From positions 384,001 to 448,000 of the forward strand of contig CAWDSK010000002.1 of the NCBI GenBank assembly GCA_963804995.1: 64,000 nt of DNA, in the 5' to 3' direction. Source of the DNA: an uncultured Acidobacteriota bacterium. GTDB taxonomy: Bacteria; Acidobacteriota; Terriglobia; UBA7540. The translations under genes and the position numbers were made by a program. Below are positions 11,298 to 22,004 of this stretch, in pieces. The notes below the pieces were generated by a model. The model was not told the DNA's origin. It saw nothing but the letters and a program-made list of their open reading frames with translations, and made no database searches. How positions within the stretch are numbered: position 1 is the stretch's first letter; each line of letters begins with the position of its first letter.

Positions 11298-11500
11298 TTG
11301 GACTGCGGCCGCGAAGCTGCCGCTTTGGGTTCGTTCCTAAACGATCGCACCTCCAATACGCCCAAGACAAAAGCGGGAGCTGCTGCTCCCGCAGTCCAAA
11401 GCGAAGCTGCCGCTTTTGATTTTGAGTGTTGCTGTCTTCTTGCAAGATTGGTCATTCGGGCGAAATCGTTAAAGCGGTAGCTGCGCGACCGCAGTCCAAA
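11298..11500. repeat. REP cluster left of the RAYT (TTGGACTGCGG..GCTGCCGCTTT and inverted copies)
   Basis: Copies at 11298-11326 (+), 11369-11400 (-), a partial at 11401-11417 (+) and 11471-11500 (-). Confidence 0.9.
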
Positions 11501-11522
11501 CGCGTCCTTTGCCCGCAGCGTT

Positions 11523-12041
11523 ATGAGCGATTGGCCACACAGTCCGGTGCATCGATTAGCGAAAGGTGGGGCCTACATGGTCACCTGCGGCACCTATCTG
11601 AAGGAACACCACTTTCGAGGAATCCGGCGGGTACGGTTCCTGCACGATGCCCTCTTAAACCTGGCTGCGGCCTACGGTTGGAATCTCCAAGCCTGGGCGG
11701 TATTCTCCAACCATTATCACTTTGTGGCCATGTCGCCGCCAACCGCCGATAGCCTTGTTCTTTTCCTCAAGAAGCTTCATTCTGACACGGCGATGGAAGC
11801 GAATCGATGGGATGGCGCTCCTGGCCGGCAGGTGTGGTTCCAATATTGGGATACCCACTTGACCTTCCCCAAGTCGTACTATGCGCGGTTGAATTACGTG
11901 CATACCAACGCCGTACATCACCGGCTGGTGGCTGAGCCGTCCCTTTACCCCTGGTGTTCGGCGGGGTGGTTTCAACGCCGAGCCACGACAGCTTTTTACA
12001 AGACGGTCATGGGATTTAAGTCTGATCGCATCAATGTATAA
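11523..12041 (+). mobile_element. REP-associated tyrosine transposase (RAYT; HUH/Y1_Tnp)
   Basis: YMVT motif, HUH motif (SNHYHF), VWFQYWD, catalytic-Tyr region YVHTNAVH, YPWCS; flanked by REP doublets on both sides. Confidence 0.9.
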
Positions 12042-12096
12042 GACGATTTCGAAGTCGATTGGCACCCGGATGATGAGTGACGGTGACGAAGCCCCT

Positions 12097-12211
12097 TTTT
12101 GGACTGCGGCCGCGAAGCTGTCGCTTTTGCATTTAAATTTCGCTCTCTTCTTTCAGAAATTGTTGTTCGCGCCAAGGGGTTAAAGCGGCAGCTTCGCGGT
12201 CGCAGTCCAAA
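12097..12211. repeat. REP doublet right of the RAYT
   Basis: TTTTGGACTGCGGCCGCGAAGCTGTCGCTTTT at 12097-12128 and inverted AAAGCGGCAGCTTCGCGGTCGCAGTCCAAA at about 12182-12211. Confidence 0.9.
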
Positions 12212-12231
12212 GCGCTTCGCGCAAAGGCTGA

Positions 12232-12336
12232 GTGTACATCAACCCGTCGGGCTGGTTCGAGGGCGTTCCTGAAAAAGTCTGGAGCTTCCACATCGGCGGG
12301 TATCATGTCTGCGAGAAGTGGTTGTAGGACCGGCAG
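12232..12336 (+). pseudogene. Fragment of a Type ISP restriction-modification enzyme C-terminal (specificity) domain
   Basis: Translates as VYINPSGWFEGVPEKVWSFHIGGYHVCEKWL*DR. This matches the recalled Type ISP C-terminal signature (IN...FEGVP.EVW.F.IGGY.V.EKWLKDR) with an internal stop. Confidence 0.7.
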
Positions 12337-12340
12337 ACCG

Positions 12341-13401
12341 ATGAAAATCAAACTGAACCAGTACCCGCTGCTGCTGCCGCTCTCGGCGGTATTTCGGTTG
12401 GGCGTTGCCCTGCGCCATGCTGCCTACAGGCGGGGATGGCTTAAGACGCGCCGCCTGTCGCGGCCGGTCATCAGCGTCGGCAACCTGACGGTGGGTGGAA
12501 CCGGCAAGACTCCGCTGGTGGTGCTGATCGCGAAAATGCTGCTGCGGCAGGGTTGGAAACCGGGCATCCTCACGCGGGGTTACGGCCGCCACAGCAAGGC
12601 TGACCTGATTGTCGTCGCGCCTTCGCCGGCCCGCCAGGCGGAGGCGGGGGAAATCGGTGACGAGCCAGCCATACTCGCCCGCGCGCTCCCGGAAGTTCCA
12701 ATAGTTATCTGCGCGGACCGCTTCCGCGGTGGGCAAGCAGCAGAACAGCGTTTCCGGGTTAACGTCCACATCCTCGACAACGGGTTCCAACACCTGGGGC
12801 TCGAACGCGCTGTGGACGTGGTGGCGCTGGACGCGACCGAAGAAATCTCCGACTGGGGTCTCCTGCCTGCGGGCCGCCAGCGCGAACCTCTTGGGGCGCT
12901 CCGTCGCGCATCCATCGTGGTCATCACGCGGGTCGATTCCGGCGATCCGAAATCGCTTGAGGAGATTATTCTGAAGGTTCATCCCGCCGCGAAAGTCTTC
13001 CACAGCTCGACGAGATTTGTGAGAGCCGTGGACTCACTAAGCGGCGAGAGGGTTCCGAGCGATGAAATTCGTACCCGGAAGGTAACGGCGTTCTGCGGTA
13101 TTGGCAACCCCGGCGCGTTCTTTGCCGACCTGCGGCGCTGGGGCTTCAAGCTGACCGCCCAGGACGCATTTCCCGACCATCATGTATACTCTCAACAGGA
13201 GCTTCGCCGCCTGGTCGCGCTTGCGCAAATTAAGGGAGCGACGGCGTTGCTCACGACGGAAAAGGACGCCGTAAAGTTTCCGAAGGACTTGCAGCCGGAT
13301 TTGCCCATCCTGACCTGCGTCGCGGAGGCGCAGATCCGCGAGGCGGAGGAATTTGAAAAAACTTTGTTAACCCTGCTCGAGCGGTCGAAGAAGGCGGATT
13401 G

Positions 13402-13402
<1 letters not shown>
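12341..13402 (+). CDS. lpxK: Tetraacyldisaccharide 4'-kinase
   Basis: VISVGNLTVGGTGKTP, RGYG, GDEP, LLPAGRQREP, FPDHH, TTEKDAVK. Confidence 0.96.
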
Positions 13403-14467
<1,065 letters not shown>

Positions 14468-14478
<11 letters not shown>

Positions 14479-15541
14479 ACCTGAACGTGAAATTGCGGGC
14501 CGCAGTGGGGGGCAAAAAACCGCCGCGCTGACGATCACGGCCGCCGACCGCTCTGCGTTGCTTACGCTGCTGGAGCGTTTCCCGCGTCAGCAGGTGGTGA
14601 TGCTGGGCGATCTGGTGGCGGATGAATCCATCTACGGCGAAATCGCACGCGTCTCCCGCGAGGCGCCCGTGCTGATCCTGAAGCAACGTGAAAAGCAGGT
14701 GCTGCCCGGAGGTGGGGCCAACGCGGCCAATAACCTGGCGGACCTTGGCGCGCGAGTCATTCCCGTGGGCGTGGTCGGCGATGATGAAACCGGCGACGCG
14801 CTGCTCCGCTATTTTCGCGAGAAGCAGGTTTCTACCCGGCACGTGGTCCGGGTGCGCCATTACCTGACTCCTACCAAAACGCGCATCCTGGGGGGATTGA
14901 CGCACTGGCAGCGCCAGCAGATTGTCCGCATCGACCGGGAACCCGCCCAGCCGCTGGCGGCGGAAGTGCGCAGGGGCCTGACCCGTGCCGCCGCGGCGCT
15001 GCTCCCCACCTCCACGGGGATTTTGATTTCCGATTACGGCTACGGGGCGACCAACGCCGGGGAAGTTGATTCGCTGCGGCGGCGTTTGCGAGGAAAGGCG
15101 TTGCCCATCACCATCGACTCCCGCTACGACCTGGTGACTTACAAAGGGCTGACCGCCGCCACGCCCAATGAACCCGAGGTTGAGACGGCGTTCGGCCAGG
15201 CGATTGGCAACGACCTGGACCGTCTCGAAACGCTGGGAAGGAAAATGCTGCGCCGCCAGTCCCTCCAGGCGTTGCTGGTGACGCGCGGGAGGGACGGCAT
15301 GGCCCTGTTTGAGGCGGGCCGCGCGACGCGGCATCTTGAGATTTTCGGGTCCGGCCATGCGGTGGACGTGACGGGCGCGGGCGATACGGTGATCGCCGCG
15401 TTCACGCTGGCGCTCGCCGCCGGAGCAAGTTTTCTACACGCCGCCCTGCTCGCCAATGTCGCCGGAGGACTGGTGGTCATGAAGCGCGGCACCGCCACCG
15501 TCACGCTCGCCGAGATGCACGAGGCCATCCAAAACGCATGA
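14468..15541 (+). CDS. hldA: D-glycero-D-manno-heptose-7-phosphate kinase (HldE/RfaE kinase domain, HldA)
   Basis: [40 protein letters not shown] (PfkB fold). Confidence 0.92.
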
Positions 15542-16033
15542 GCGCCACCCTGATCACACGCCAAGAGGTCCGCGCCCTGGGCGACCGCCTGCGCCGGGAG
15601 GGCCGCCGCATCGCCTTCGCCAACGGCTGCTTTGATATTCTCCACGTCGGCCATGTGCGTTACCTGGAAGGGGCGCGCCAGTGCGGGGATGTGCTGGTGG
15701 TGGGAGTGAACAGTGACCGCAGCGTTCGAGGGCTTGAAGGGCGCAGGCAGGCCGCTGCTTCCGGCCGAAGCGCGTGCGGAACTTGTGGCGGCGCTGGAGT
15801 CCGTGGATTACGTGGTCATCTTTGAGGAGCTGACCGCGGCGGAAATCCTGTGCGAATTGCGGCCCGACGTGCACTGCAAGGGCACGGATTATACGGTTGA
15901 GACGGTTCCCGAGAGGGAGATTGTAAAGGGCTATGGCGGCGCCATACAAATTGTGGGTGATGCCAAGAATCATTCCACGCGTGGCCTTTTGGTGGAGATT
16001 GCTGGCCGTCGGGGAGAAAATAACAGGCGGTAG
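15538..16033 (+). CDS. hldC: Heptose-1-phosphate adenylyltransferase (HldC/RfaE2), frameshift near 15725-15740
   Basis: [25 protein letters not shown] in one frame, then [26 protein letters not shown] in the next. Confidence 0.9.
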
Positions 16034-16110
16034 GCAGTGGGCAGTAGGCAGTAGGCAGATGGGGAAAATCTCTACTGCCCACCTCCCCATCTGCCCAACT
16101 GCCTGCTGCC
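16030..16110. repeat. Heptamer tandem repeat (GGCAGTA)n with an inverted counterpart
   Basis: GGTAGGCAGTGGGCAGTAGGCAGTAGGCAG ... CTACTGCCCAC..CTGCCCAACTGCCTGCTGCC between hldC and waaC. Confidence 0.75.
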
Positions 16111-16146
16111 TTTTCGGTTCCAGCCCTGCCAGGACAGGTGTTAGGG

Positions 16147-17182
16147 ATGACTGATTCGCCGCAGCGATTCCTGATCGTCCGCCTCAGTTCGATTGGCGAC
16201 ATCGTGCACGCGCTGCCGGCCGTGGCGGCTCTGGGCGAAACGTTTCCCCAGGCGGAGATTTATTGGGCCGTTGAGAGCCGTCATGCCCTGCTGCTCGAAG
16301 GCAACCCTTATCTTCGTGGGGCGGTGAAACTCGATACGCTCGGCTGGCGCAAGCGCTTGACCGCCGCCGCAACGTGGCATGAAATCAGGGATGGAGTACG
16401 GGCGCTCCGCAAGGTCCGGTACGACGCCGCCCTTGACTTTCAGGGCCTGTGGAAGTCAGCCGTGATCGGATGGATCAGCGGCGCGCCGGAGCGGATTGGC
16501 TTTGCCGATCGCTGGCTGCGTGAGCCTGGCGCCGCGGTGCTGTACACCGAGCACGTCTCGCCCCGCGCGTGCCGGCACGTCATCGAAATGAACCTGGCGT
16601 TGGTCGGGCGCCTCGGAGCGCGCCCTTCCAAATGGCAGTTTCCTTTGCCCTGGAACGACACGGACGACACCTACGTGGATAACCAACTCGCGGTTCTCGA
16701 CGCGAAGGATTTCATCATCATCAACCCGGGCGGGGGCTGGCGGTCGAAGTGCTGGTCTCCGGAAAACTATGCCGAACTCCTGCGGCGCCTGGAAGAAAGG
16801 TGCGAAGAGCAGTTGATATTGACCGGCTCGGTGGATGAAGAGGATATGATCTCCGGGATTCTTGCAGCGTGCCGATGTCGCGCGCGCGCGCTATTTGCCC
16901 ACCACGCTTGTGCAGTTCATCGCGCTCGCCCGGCGCGCCCGGCTCTTCCTGGGAGGGGACACGGGACCGTTGCATCTGGCGGCTGCGGTGGGAACTCCGG
17001 TGGTCGGCATCTATGGTCCCACGGACCCCTCGCGCAACGGCCCATTCGCGAAGGATGACATTGCCCTGTCGAACCTGGGCCCGATCGACCACACCCGCCG
17101 CGAATCGGCTTACCTGCCGGGAATCACGGTGGAGTCCGTGCTGGCCGCTATCGTTGACCGACTGGCGAGGGCGCATGGATAG
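16147..17182 (+). CDS. waaC: LPS heptosyltransferase I (GT9), frameshift near 16875
   Basis: LIVRLSSIGDIVH, DFQGLWKSA, INPGGGW.SKCW; GGDTGPLHLAAA and YGPTDP.RNGP follow in a shifted frame. Confidence 0.88.
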
Positions 17183-17717
17183 TGCCTATCGAGCTTGGGC
17201 GGCGCGCTGGCGGGTGCCGTTGGGCTTTGGACTGGGCGTGGCCTACCTGGTTTTCTGCCGGCCCACGGTGGCACTCTTGACAGCGGGCGGGGCCATCGCA
17301 CTGGGGGGCCTCGCCATCCGCGCCTACGCGGCGGGACATCTCGTGAAAAACCAAAACCTTGCGACGAGTGGGCCCTACGCGCGCACCCGCAACCCTTTGT
17401 ATCTGGGGAGTGCGCTGATGGGGGCGGGATTCGGACTGGCCGGGGGGTCATGGATTCTGGGCCTGGCCCTGGTGGTTTTTTTTGGAGCCATCTATTGGCC
17501 CGTGATCCGGCGCGAAGAGGAATTCCTGCGCCAGCAGTTTGGCGATGAATACGCCCGCTACGCCGAAAGCGTTCCACTCTTCCTGCCTCGTTTCGGCAGG
17601 TCCGGCGGGGGGAAGAAATTCCAGTGGCGCCAGTATCGGAAAAATCGCGAGTATGAAGCGCTTGTGGGGTACCTCGCGGTGATGATTTTTCTGGCTTTCA
17701 AGATTTGGCGGCGCTAG
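17175..17717 (+). CDS. Isoprenylcysteine carboxylmethyltransferase / PEMT-family membrane protein
   Basis: L.TSGPYARTRNPLYLG, REEEFL...FG..Y..Y...VP.F.P; overlaps the end of waaC. Confidence 0.88.
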   Translation: MDSAYRAWAARWRVPLGFGLGVAYLVFCRPTVALLTAGGAIALGGLAIRAYAAGHLVKNQNLATSGPYARTRNPLYLGSALMGAGFGLAGGSWILGLALVVFFGAIYWPVIRREEEFLRQQFGDEYARYAESVPLFLPRFGRSGGGKKFQWRQYRKNREYEALVGYLAVMIFLAFKIWRR

Positions 17718-17764
17718 AGTGGGCCAGGCTGCGTTTGTAGGTTGCCCCGCGTCTAACTGTTTGT

Positions 17765-18565
17765 ATGCAAATGCCCGTTTCCCGATTGGCCAGCGCGTCG
17801 CTACTCGCCCTTCTCCTGATCGTATCCACTCCAGGGAGTGCCGAGAACGTGGATCCCTTCACCCCGGGTGAGAAGCTGACCTACGATGTGGTGTGGTCGG
17901 TCTTCCACGCCGGCGAGGTGACCGCCACGCTGCAACGCAAGGTGGAGGGCGCTTCCGACACCTACGAAGTCACAACTACGGCGCGGTCGGAGGGCTTTGT
18001 TTCACTGCTCATCGACGTTGATAACGAGCTCCATGCCGTGTTCAGCCCCCAAACTCTCTGTTCCGACCGGATTCACAAGCGGATCAATGAAGGTCACCGG
18101 CACAAGGATACGCAGATCGTTTTCGACGGTATCAGGAAACTTGCCATCCTGGATGAGCGCGACCTGAGCCAGCCCGGAGCGCCGGCCAAGCACGCCGAAA
18201 ACGAAATCCCTCCCTGTGTCGAAGACGTGGTGACGGCGTTTTACTACCTCCGCCGGCAGCACATGGAGGTTGGCCACACCATCGAATTGCCCGTGAATGA
18301 CGGCAACAAGACCCAGCGGGTGGTGGTGGAGGTTCAGGCGCGCGAGAAGGTGCAGACTCCCACGGGAACGTTTGATACTTTTCGCGTGGAGCCCAAAGTT
18401 TTTAACGGGTTGTTTCAACGCAAGGGCCGGATGCTGATCTGGTTCAGCTCCGACCCCCAGCACTTGCCGGTGCGCATCAAGGCGATGATTTCCGTGGGCT
18501 CCCTCACCGGCACCTTGCGCTCCATTACCCACCAGGCGCCTGCTACGCCCCCTGCCAAACATTGA
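17765..18565 (+). CDS. DUF3108 family secreted protein
   Basis: Signal peptide; PF.PGEKLTY, D.VTAFYYLR, E.VQTP.G.F.T, IWFS.D..HLPV pattern. Confidence 0.8.
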   Translation: MQMPVSRLASASLLALLLIVSTPGSAENVDPFTPGEKLTYDVVWSVFHAGEVTATLQRKVEGASDTYEVTTTARSEGFVSLLIDVDNELHAVFSPQTLCSDRIHKRINEGHRHKDTQIVFDGIRKLAILDERDLSQPGAPAKHAENEIPPCVEDVVTAFYYLRRQHMEVGHTIELPVNDGNKTQRVVVEVQAREKVQTPTGTFDTFRVEPKVFNGLFQRKGRMLIWFSSDPQHLPVRIKAMISVGSLTGTLRSITHQAPATPPAKH

Positions 18566-18571
18566 AGGGAT

Positions 18572-18811
18572 TCAAATCACCTGGTACTTCTCAGCCAGGA
18601 GCCGCTTGAAACGGCTTTGATAAATGAGGTCGTAGGTCTGTTCCTTGTCGGGGAAAAGGTGCAGAGCATACTGCCGGGTTTGCGCCACCAGGGCCGCCGC
18701 TTCTTCCACGGGCATGTCGGATTGGTAGAGGAGACTGGTCACCAGATCGACGACGATCTGCAGCCGCCGCACGCGGCGATTCTCCTCGCGGATTTCCTCC
18801 GCGGTGGCCAC
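18572..18811 (-). CDS. Small hypothetical protein (79 aa)
   Basis: GGAGG RBS before GTG; helical sequence EENRRVRRLQ..VDL...LFPDKE.TYDLIY..RF.RL. Confidence 0.72.
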   Translation of the reverse strand: MATAEEIREENRRVRRLQIVVDLVTSLLYQSDMPVEEAAALVAQTRQYALHLFPDKEQTYDLIYQSRFKRLLAEKYQVI

Positions 18812-18965
18812 GGGTGGAACCTCCCTTCCTCGGCCTCAAATAGCACTCGCCCCGAAATGCAGAAATCTAGTATAAGCTAAGGTTCAGGGGGAGGTGAGGG
18901 TTTTGCCCTCCTCCGGGGCGGTCGCGGGCTTCGAGGAGAAAGGCCAACGGAAGTGTTCCTCAAGC

Positions 18966-19889
18966 ATGGGAGAACTCGCACCAACGCGCTGGATGAAGAT
19001 TCGCCATCTGCTCGTTGAAGCTGTGGAGAGCTTTCTCGCCGAAGACGCGCTGATGGTCTCGGCCTCCATCGCCTACCACAGTTTGCTGGCGATTTTCCCC
19101 TTGCTGCTCCTGCTGCTGGGGATCAGCGGTATTTACATCCGCCACTTCGAGCTGGTGGGCCGGCTGGCCATGGTGTTGCAACGCTACCTGCCCGTCCGAG
19201 CCGACTTCATCATGCAGAACCTGGTGGGTATCTCCCGTGCTTACGGAAGAGTCGGCGTCGTGTCGTTTATCCTCCTGCTGTGGAGCTCCTCGGGAGTGTT
19301 CCTCCCTCTCGAAAAAGCCATGAATCGCGCCTGGCAAGTCACGGAGGCGCGCTCCTGGTGGCGCAGCCGGCTGTTGGCTCTGGAGATGGCGCTGGTCTGG
19401 GGCTGTCTGATTCTGATCGCGTCGGTACTGCTGGGTGGGGAGATTCTCCTTCGCCACTGGCTGGAAAGCGTGCTGAGCCTCCCGATGCGGCCCCTGATCA
19501 AGTTGTTCTATAATCTGATGAACTCGCTGAGCTCCTTTGGCTTGGCTCTACTGATGTTCGTGGTTCTCTTTGAGCGCCTCCCCAATCGCCCCATGCGGCT
19601 TCGCCAGGCTTACCCTGGTGCTTTGCTCACGGCCCTGCTGTGGGAAGCGGCGCGCTCACTTTTTATCTTGTGGCTACCCTACTTCAATTACCGTCATATC
19701 TACGGATCCATCGGTGTCATTGTGGCTCTTATGACCTGGGCGTATATATCCTCCGCAGTTTTACTTTTCGGAGCCCAGGTGTCGCGATCTCTCTATGGAA
19801 CTTTGAAAGTGGCCCGGCCAGTCCTCAACGCAACCGCTCCAGCCGCAGCCCCAGCGCCGGAAACCATCTCAGCTTCGCCCCAGCGGTGA
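18966..19889 (+). CDS. YihY/virulence factor BrkB family membrane protein
   Basis: ASIAY..LLAIFP, LWSSSG, AMNRAW, YGSIG....LM.W.Y.S....LFGA. Confidence 0.9.
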   Translation: MGELAPTRWMKIRHLLVEAVESFLAEDALMVSASIAYHSLLAIFPLLLLLLGISGIYIRHFELVGRLAMVLQRYLPVRADFIMQNLVGISRAYGRVGVVSFILLLWSSSGVFLPLEKAMNRAWQVTEARSWWRSRLLALEMALVWGCLILIASVLLGGEILLRHWLESVLSLPMRPLIKLFYNLMNSLSSFGLALLMFVVLFERLPNRPMRLRQAYPGALLTALLWEAARSLFILWLPYFNYRHIYGSIGVIVALMTWAYISSAVLLFGAQVSRSLYGTLKVARPVLNATAPAAAPAPETISASPQR

Positions 19890-20047
19890 CCCGCCCGCCC
19901 TTTGAACGGTAGGGGCGGGGAATCGGGCCATCTGGTCATCGGGCCATCGGGCCATTGAGCCATTGATTCATTGTGTGATCTTGCGATGGGGGATTGTCAA
20001 CCTTACAAACAAGCTCCGCCCCAATCGCGGCCGGGCCAATTCGCTTT

Positions 20048-20138
20048 GGTAGTGTCCTAATTTGAACGTAGCGCCCCGATTCATCGGGGCTCAATGCCGG
20101 CTGGAAGCCGGCGCTACGTCTGAAATTAGGACACCACC
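20048..20138. mobile_element. 91-bp MITE with IS1-like ends carrying a GTAG REP doublet
   Basis: TIRs GGTAGTGTCCTAATTT / AAATTAGGACACCACC (15/16); 8-bp direct repeat TTCGCTTT at 20040-20047 and 20139-20146. Confidence 0.8.
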
Positions 20139-20241
20139 TTCGCTTTGGCGAGGTTGTCCTTAAACTCTGCGGCTTGTATACTCGAAAACGGTTGGGCTTG
20201 AAGTCGAAAATGAATATTCCGAGGAGGAGGTTAAGACCCTC

Positions 20242-21903
20242 TTGAGATCTGCCCTACGCATTCTTGCGAATTCACTGGCTACGTGCGCAGTGATATCCCT
20301 TTTCCTGTTTGTGGCGCGGCCGGCAGAGAATCCCAGCTTCCATAATGCGCCGGAGTCGGCCAAGGCCATGAAGAATCCGTACGAAGGCCATCCTCCCGCC
20401 GCCGCTCAGTCGGCCTATCATCGCCGCTGCGCGAACTGTCACGGAGAAAACGGGGTCGGTACGGGAAACGTACCTTCCTTGGCCAGTGGCCGGGCGCAAT
20501 CCGCCAGTGACGGCGAACTCTTCTGGTACATCACCCAGGGCGATGTGGGGAACGGCATGCCGTCCTGGAAGGATCTATCGACACAGGAGAGATGGCAGAT
20601 CGTCAGCTTTATCCGTGTGCTGGGCGGGTCCAAACCCGGTTCTCCCCGGGTGCGCATTACACCCGGCGAAGCCGCCGCGGCGGGCACGAGCGCACCTCCG
20701 CCCCAGGCCCCCTTCACGGACTACCGTTTTGAGAAGCCCGGCACAATTCGCAAGATCACGGTAGAGGACCTGCCCGCTCCCTTCGCCACCAGGTCGGCAG
20801 GCAACAGCCCTGAAATCGCGCCGCGCCCGGAGAACGCCTGGCCACAGGTTCCGGCTGGCTTCAAAGTGGAGCTATACGCGGCCGACCTCAATAATCCACG
20901 CTTGATCCGCACGGCGCCCAATGGCGACTTCTTCGTCGCCGAAAGCGAACCAGGCGACATTCGCGTCTTCCGCGGAATCACCGCCGAGGGCAAGCCCGGG
21001 CAGGGAGAGATTTTCGCCACCGGTCTTAACCAGCCATTCGGCATCAATTTTTATCCTCCGGGACCGAACCCGCAATGGGTCTACGTTGGAAATACGGACT
21101 CGGTGGTGCGTTTCCCTTATCGGGATGGGGATCTGAAAGCGCGCGGCCCCGCGGAACATATTGCCGACCTTCCCCACGGCAACGGCCATTGGACGCGCGA
21201 CATTCAGTTCACGGCCGATGGCGGGATCATGTTTGTCTCCGTGGGTTCGGCCTCGAATGTGGACGATGCCGATACAACGCCGGCGGAAAAGAATCGGGCG
21301 GACGTTCTGGAATTCAATCCCGACGGCTCAGCCATGCGCGTTTACGCTTACGGCATCCGCAATTGCGTGGGGATGGCGATCAATTCGCAGACGGGCGAGT
21401 TGTGGTGTTCGGTAAACGAACGCGACGCCCTGGGAGACAATCTGGTTCCCGACTACATCACGCACGTCCAGGAAGGCGGATTTTACGGCTGGCCGTGGTG
21501 GTATATGGGGGGCCACCAGGATCCGCGGCACAAGGGCAAGCATCCCGAGCTTAAAGATAAAGTCATTACCCCTGATGTTATACTTCATCCGCATAATGCC
21601 TCACTGCAGATGACCTTCTATGAAGGCAAACAATTTCCGGCGGAATATCAGGGCGATATTTTTGCCTGCGAACATGGATCCTGGAATCGGGCGGTGCGCG
21701 TGGGTTATGAGCTGATTCGCGTGCCGCTGCACCAGACGGGTCACGCCAGCGGTGAATACGAGGACTTCATGACGGGATTTGTGGTGGACAATGGACACGT
21801 TTGGGGGCGCCCGGTGGGCGTCACCGTGGCTCCCGATGGTTCTCTGCTGGTAACCGACGACGGCTCGAATTCCATCTGGCGCATCAGCTACACGGGAAAG
21901 TGA
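20242..21903 (+). CDS. Cytochrome c-fused glucose/sorbosone dehydrogenase-family (PQQ-type beta-propeller) protein
   Basis: Signal peptide; CANCH heme-c motif with MPSW; GHWTR, GIRNCVG, VNERD.LGD, HGSWNR, GRPVGV. Confidence 0.9.
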   Translation: MRSALRILANSLATCAVISLFLFVARPAENPSFHNAPESAKAMKNPYEGHPPAAAQSAYHRRCANCHGENGVGTGNVPSLASGRAQSASDGELFWYITQGDVGNGMPSWKDLSTQERWQIVSFIRVLGGSKPGSPRVRITPGEAAAAGTSAPPPQAPFTDYRFEKPGTIRKITVEDLPAPFATRSAGNSPEIAPRPENAWPQVPAGFKVELYAADLNNPRLIRTAPNGDFFVAESEPGDIRVFRGITAEGKPGQGEIFATGLNQPFGINFYPPGPNPQWVYVGNTDSVVRFPYRDGDLKARGPAEHIADLPHGNGHWTRDIQFTADGGIMFVSVGSASNVDDADTTPAEKNRADVLEFNPDGSAMRVYAYGIRNCVGMAINSQTGELWCSVNERDALGDNLVPDYITHVQEGGFYGWPWWYMGGHQDPRHKGKHPELKDKVITPDVILHPHNASLQMTFYEGKQFPAEYQGDIFACEHGSWNRAVRVGYELIRVPLHQTGHASGEYEDFMTGFVVDNGHVWGRPVGVTVAPDGSLLVTDDGSNSIWRISYTGK

Positions 21904-22004
21904 GCCCGCAGGGCGGTCGCGGGTTTTAACAAAATCTCCAAGACGGGGTCCATTCCAGGGGCCGCTAATGGGTCAGCGGACCTCGGCCCTGATGCCGGGG
22001 TCCG

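Noticed and set aside
11298..11500. CRISPR array
   Set aside because: The repeats alternate in orientation with irregular spacing, flank a RAYT, and no cas genes are present.
15538..17182. Programmed frameshifting or phase variation in hldC and waaC
   Set aside because: No clear slippery heptamer or long homopolymer, and indels are window-wide. The GCGCGC run in waaC is more simply explained as an error site.
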